From contig OZ252299.1 of NCBI GenBank assembly GCA_965250285.1, forward strand, positions 2,752,001-2,816,000: DNA of 64,000 bases, in the 5' to 3' direction. The notes beneath the pieces were generated by a model, which worked only from the letters and a program-made list of their open reading frames with translations, was not told the DNA's origin and ran no database searches. How positions within the stretch are numbered: the stretch's first letter is position 1; every line of letters starts with the position of its first letter. The DNA comes from Myxococcota bacterium. Lineage in GTDB: Bacteria; Myxococcota_A; UBA9160; UBA4427. The position numbers were made by a program, and so were the translations under genes. Shown here one piece after another: positions 60,147 through 64,000 of this stretch.

Positions 60147-61343
60147 GTGAACGCGAGACAACTCGTCCAGACCACCTGGCGACGCCGGGACTGGCTCTTC
60201 CGCAGGATCAACCTGCGCAAGCTGTGGAACCTCGTGCGCGCGTCGCTCGCATTCGGGCTCAAGCGCGAGACGATGGGCGCGATGCCGGCCGTGGTGAAGA
60301 TCGACATCAACCCGGTGTGCAATCTCTCATGCACGATGTGCATCCACGCCGACCAGACCGGTGCGCCGCAGATCGCCAACCAGCGCTTCTCGCCGCAGCA
60401 GAACATGACGGTCGAGCAGTACTCGAAGATCATCGACCAGCTGAAGGGGCACGCCGTCTCGGTGAGCCTCTACACCTGGGGTGACCCGATCGTCCACCCC
60501 GACCTCACGACGATGTGTCGCATCGGCGCCGACGCAGGCCTGCAGACCCACATCAGCACGAACTTCAGCCGCAAGCTCAGCGACGACGAAGTGCACGAGA
60601 TCGTCGACTCGGGCCTCTCGCACCTGACGGTCTGCGTCGACGGCCTGACCCAGGAGCTCTACGAGCGCACCCGCGTCGGCGGCCGCATCGACTGGGTGCT
60701 CGACAACCTGCGGCGCTTGACCGACTACCGGCGCGAGAAGGGGGCCGAGCTGCCGCTGGTCGAGGTGCAGTTCATCAAGTTCCAGCACAACGTCCACGAA
60801 GAGGACGCGGCGCGGAAGCTCTGCGACGAGATGGGGGTCAACCAGTTCAGCACGTTCTGGGGCGCGCTCCACAACCTCGCCGACGTCATGCCCGAGAACG
60901 TCGAGACCTTCGGGCCGAAGCCGGACGCGGCCCTGCCCGGCTGCTTCTGGCCCCACTACTCGATGGTGATCAAGTACAACGGCGACGTGATCCCCTGCTG
61001 CGAGCACCGCGGCGCGGCCCAGCACGACCCCGGCGCCGACCAGCGCACCCTCGGCAACGTCTTCGAGACCAGCGTGCGCGAGGTGTGGAACAGCCCGGCC
61101 TACCAGGCGACGCGGCGGCTCGTGAACAACCCGACCGGCGCCGACGACGATCCCGACACCAAGGACAACTACTGTCGCGACTGCTTCGTCATCTACGACA
61201 CGAACATCAACGAGCGGCGGCGCTGGGCGAACGAGCACAGCTACGAGGACATCTTCGACAAAGAGCTCGGCAAGCGCCCCCAGCGCAAGCCCGGTGAAGT
61301 GATCGGCCTGCCCTCGACGGACGCACCCCGGCTGTCCAAGTAG
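60147..61343 (+). CDS. radical SAM protein with SPASM/twitch domain
   Basis: CNLSCTMC (CxxxCxxC), WGDP, C..P.....I..NGDVIPCC, LGNVFE, YCRDC; TATACT at 60092. Confidence 0.92.
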   Translation: MNARQLVQTTWRRRDWLFRRINLRKLWNLVRASLAFGLKRETMGAMPAVVKIDINPVCNLSCTMCIHADQTGAPQIANQRFSPQQNMTVEQYSKIIDQLKGHAVSVSLYTWGDPIVHPDLTTMCRIGADAGLQTHISTNFSRKLSDDEVHEIVDSGLSHLTVCVDGLTQELYERTRVGGRIDWVLDNLRRLTDYRREKGAELPLVEVQFIKFQHNVHEEDAARKLCDEMGVNQFSTFWGALHNLADVMPENVETFGPKPDAALPGCFWPHYSMVIKYNGDVIPCCEHRGAAQHDPGADQRTLGNVFETSVREVWNSPAYQATRRLVNNPTGADDDPDTKDNYCRDCFVIYDTNINERRRWANEHSYEDIFDKELGKRPQRKPGEVIGLPSTDAPRLSK

Positions 61344-61390
61344 CCGCGACCCGCTCGAACGAGCAACGCGCGTCGATGCCGCCCCGCCGC

Positions 61391-63622
61391 TCAGTCGCGC
61401 GGGCGATCGACGAAGATCGGCGACGACCAGGCCCGCTGAGCGTAGAGATCGAGGCACGCACCGGTGTCGGAGCACGGCTCGCTCTCGATGCACGCACCGG
61501 TCTCGTCCCACTGACAGCGCAGCGGCCGTCCGTTCACGGTGGGCGTCTCCTCTTCGAACACGCGGGCGTAGTAGACGGCGTCTCGACCGAGCGTCGGATA
61601 CTCGTCGTCGCTGAACACCGCCTCGCAGCCCGCCGGATCGGGCGGGCACTCGAACGAGCGCCACGGGTCGTCGACGAGCGTCGCGATGTCTTCGCTCGGG
61701 TCGAGCTGTGGACGGATGCGCACGATGTCGATGTGAGTGAGGACGCGGCGCCGATCGGTCGGCCGGTAGCACTCGCCGGCGCAGAGTGCGGCCGTGCGCT
61801 CGGCGCCGAGCGCGTCGAGCGTCGCGTCGGGGCAGCCTTCGGCCTGCTCGAGCGAGCCGACGGCCCGCACGCGGAACGTGGGTGCGGTCGCGCGCTCGAC
61901 CGCCGACCCCATCGGCCAGGTCGCCTCGCCATCGACGAGATCGAACCAGAGCAGGATGCGAGGACCGCTGGTGCCATACACCTCTCGGCGCTCCATCGCC
62001 TGCCAGATCGCATCGCGGTCGCGCTGATCGGCGTGCACGGCCATCAGCCCACCCGTGTAGAGGAACGAGCGCGTGCGCTCGCTCTCGTAGAGCTGCAGGC
62101 CCGTCAGCAGCTCGCGCGCCTCGTCGATCGATCTCGATTCGGCCGCGGGCGGCTCGGGCTCGGCCGTGAGGAACGACGCCACCACGCCGCCTCCTTCCGG
62201 CCGGACCCGCGGCGGCGACTCGGACAGCTCGCGCAGCTCTTTGTAGCCCGTGCCAGGTCGCGCGCTGTGAATGTCGGAAGCCGCCATGAAGCCGAAGCGA
62301 AACCGGCGCGGCGAATCACCGCCGTTGCCATCGTCGGGGACCGGGTTCTCCCGCGAGAGCGCGACGATGTACTGGGCCGATCCGCCCGGCCGATATGCGA
62401 AGGCCGGCTGACCGCAGTCTCGACACTGGCCGGCATCGAGCAGGGCCTTCGCCGACACGCCGGGGACGGTCACGTGCGGTGACACCCCGGCCGCGGCGGC
62501 GTGCGCGCGCGCGGTGGCCGCGCGCGCGGCGCAGTCGCCCGCCGCGCCGCCCGCCTCGAGGCATCGCGCCTCGACGATGTCGCCCATGTGCCAGCACACC
62601 GGCAGGTAGTCGGCGGTCGGCTCGGGACACGTCGGCTCAGCGTCGGCCCCGAGCTCGACCGCGCGCCACGGCCGGTAGACCTCGCCGTCGCCGTGCCCCG
62701 AGTAGACCTCGAGCAGGGTCTGCCGTGCGGGATCGTGATCGGCGCCCTCGAGCTGCTTCGCCCAGGTCGAGCCCGGCGGCGTGTAGATGCCCCAGGTCGT
62801 GCCGTGCGGGATCACGACCGCTTCGTGCCCCCAATCATCGAGCTTCTCGAAGAGTCGGGCCGGGGTCTCGGCGATCTCGCGACAGTCGTTCGGCAGCTCG
62901 CGCACGGGCGCATCGGCACAGACGTCCATCTCGGCGAGCGCGGTCCAGCGCGCAGCCAGGTCACGAAAGCGGGGGTCGGTCGCCGCCAGCGCCCCGCGCA
63001 CGAGCGTCGGCGGCGGGTTCGTCGCCGTGCCACCGCGCGACGCCGCGACTGGTCGCGACGGGATCTGCGCATCGTCGGTGTGGCGCAGCACGACGTTCTT
63101 GTGGCCGTAGTGCGTCTCGGGGGTCAGCCCCGCCTGGGTCCACTCCCAGCCGAGGTACGAGACGAGGTCGGGGTCGGCCGGGTCGCCGGCGACGTCGTTG
63201 CACTGGCGGATCGCGTCGATCGTGTTGCGCCAATCGGTCTCGGTGACGTTGGCCGCGTGGTCGTTGATCGACCAGAAGTCGAGCGCGGCACAGTGTCTCG
63301 CGAAGTCGCACGCATCGGCCGGGGGCGCGGCGCCGCTGCCCCCGAGCAGCGGCAGGTTCAGCATGAAGGCGTCGAACGAGATGGTGGTGTGTGCGTGCAG
63401 GTCACCGAACAGGATCTGCTTCGCGGGCGTCGCCCCGGTGATCTCGACCACGGCCTCGGCCTGGGCGACCGCACTCGCGTCGACCGCGGCGGCCGGGCGG
63501 GGGGTCGCGGCCGGCGCCAGCACCTCGCTGTCGAAGTGACCGCCGGCGCCACGGCCGAGTGCCCAGAGCGTGGCCAGGATCGCGACCCCGACCAGGCCGC
63601 CGAGCATGATCCAACGTCGCAT
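61391..63622 (-). CDS. DUF3604 family PHP-like metal-binding exported protein
   Basis: N-terminal TM/signal, FGDLHAHT, LDFWSINDH, GWEWT, EVYSGHG, REVYGTSGPRI, RAWSSPIF. Confidence 0.85.
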   Translation of the reverse strand: MRRWIMLGGLVGVAILATLWALGRGAGGHFDSEVLAPAATPRPAAAVDASAVAQAEAVVEITGATPAKQILFGDLHAHTTISFDAFMLNLPLLGGSGAAPPADACDFARHCAALDFWSINDHAANVTETDWRNTIDAIRQCNDVAGDPADPDLVSYLGWEWTQAGLTPETHYGHKNVVLRHTDDAQIPSRPVAASRGGTATNPPPTLVRGALAATDPRFRDLAARWTALAEMDVCADAPVRELPNDCREIAETPARLFEKLDDWGHEAVVIPHGTTWGIYTPPGSTWAKQLEGADHDPARQTLLEVYSGHGDGEVYRPWRAVELGADAEPTCPEPTADYLPVCWHMGDIVEARCLEAGGAAGDCAARAATARAHAAAAGVSPHVTVPGVSAKALLDAGQCRDCGQPAFAYRPGGSAQYIVALSRENPVPDDGNGGDSPRRFRFGFMAASDIHSARPGTGYKELRELSESPPRVRPEGGGVVASFLTAEPEPPAAESRSIDEARELLTGLQLYESERTRSFLYTGGLMAVHADQRDRDAIWQAMERREVYGTSGPRILLWFDLVDGEATWPMGSAVERATAPTFRVRAVGSLEQAEGCPDATLDALGAERTAALCAGECYRPTDRRRVLTHIDIVRIRPQLDPSEDIATLVDDPWRSFECPPDPAGCEAVFSDDEYPTLGRDAVYYARVFEEETPTVNGRPLRCQWDETGACIESEPCSDTGACLDLYAQRAWSSPIFVDRPRD

Positions 63623-63656
63623 GCGCCCTCCCCTGTCGCGTTCAGCCGTCTGCGGT

Positions 63657-63701
63657 CTGTCTCGGTTATCTCAGCTGTCGCGGCTGTCTCAGCTGTCGAA
63701 G
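63657..63701. repeat. degenerate 9-bp tandem repeat x5 overlapping the SDR stop codon
   Basis: CTGTCTCGG / TTATCTCAG / CTGTCGCGG / CTGTCTCAG / CTGTCGAAG. Confidence 0.65.
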
Positions 63702-64000
63702 TTGATCCCGAGACTCGTCGCCTTCCAGGCTTCGAGCGACTCGAGACCTGCGCGCAGCTTCTCGTCGTAGGCCTTGAACACGTCGTGACCGAGGACCAGC
63801 CGAAGCGGCGGGTCGTCGAGACCGGCGAGCATGACCACCACGTCGGCGACCTTGCGCGGATCGCCCGGGAACTTGTCGCCGGCGAGCTTGATCAGCGCTT
63901 TGCGTTGCCCCACCGTGTCGGCGTACGCATCGATGGGTGTCGACGACTCTTCCATCGATCGCACCGACCAGTCGGTGCGCACCGCGCCTGGCTCGATGGC
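63689..64000 (-). CDS. short-chain dehydrogenase/reductase, C-terminal part (5' end outside window)
   Basis: AIEPGAVRTDW...PGDPRKVA...PPLRLVLGHD typical of classical SDR C-termini. Confidence 0.8.
   Translation of the reverse strand, partial: AIEPGAVRTDWSVRSMEESSTPIDAYADTVGQRKALIKLAGDKFPGDPRKVADVVVMLAGLDDPPLRLVLGHDVFKAYDEKLRAGLESLEAWKATSLGINFDS

Overview
High-GC chromosomal window with mostly housekeeping genes. Gene content and style suggest a Gram-negative Myxococcota/deltaproteobacterium-like organism (inference only). It opens with the distal dcw cluster (murE-murF-mraY-murD-ftsW-murG-murC-murB-ftsQ-ftsA-ftsZ, no ddl). Next come an enoyl-CoA hydratase, a PEP-CTERM protein, ndk, a quinone oxidoreductase, and a FadE23/FadE24-like acyl-CoA dehydrogenase pair behind an HxlR-SCP2 regulator. 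These are followed by RNase P RNA, an ArgA-like acetyltransferase, an SLC13 permease, a group 1/2-like sigma-70 factor, uppP with an RND pump, thrH, ccdA/thioredoxin/MAPEG/nucleoside hydrolase with a divergent LysR, PhyH and typA. The second half holds a sensor-less pseudo histidine kinase facing a ferredoxin-PP2C pair, lhgO-like, PfkB kinase, metF, purN, a split mutagenesis cassette (imuA-imuB ... dinB<->dnaE2), a Zn-peptidase + ATP-grasp pair, a radical SAM/SPASM enzyme, a DUF3604 protein and a partial SDR. The strongest non-obvious signal is an 18-bp element (GGCGAA[C/G]AAAAGACGAAA, 17/18 identical) at the same position in otherwise matching leaderless promoters of imuA and dnaE2, a candidate lineage-specific SOS operator. 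Other points of interest are an FtsZ with an N-terminal extension and a duplicated C-terminal peptide, a ChpT-like phosphotransferase candidate, recurrent leaderless-gene architecture, and alternative RNA stems upstream of the PfkB kinase. No CRISPR array, tRNA, rRNA, transposase or integrase was seen. Several start codons were adjusted from the ORF track using RBS/-10 evidence and remain provisional.
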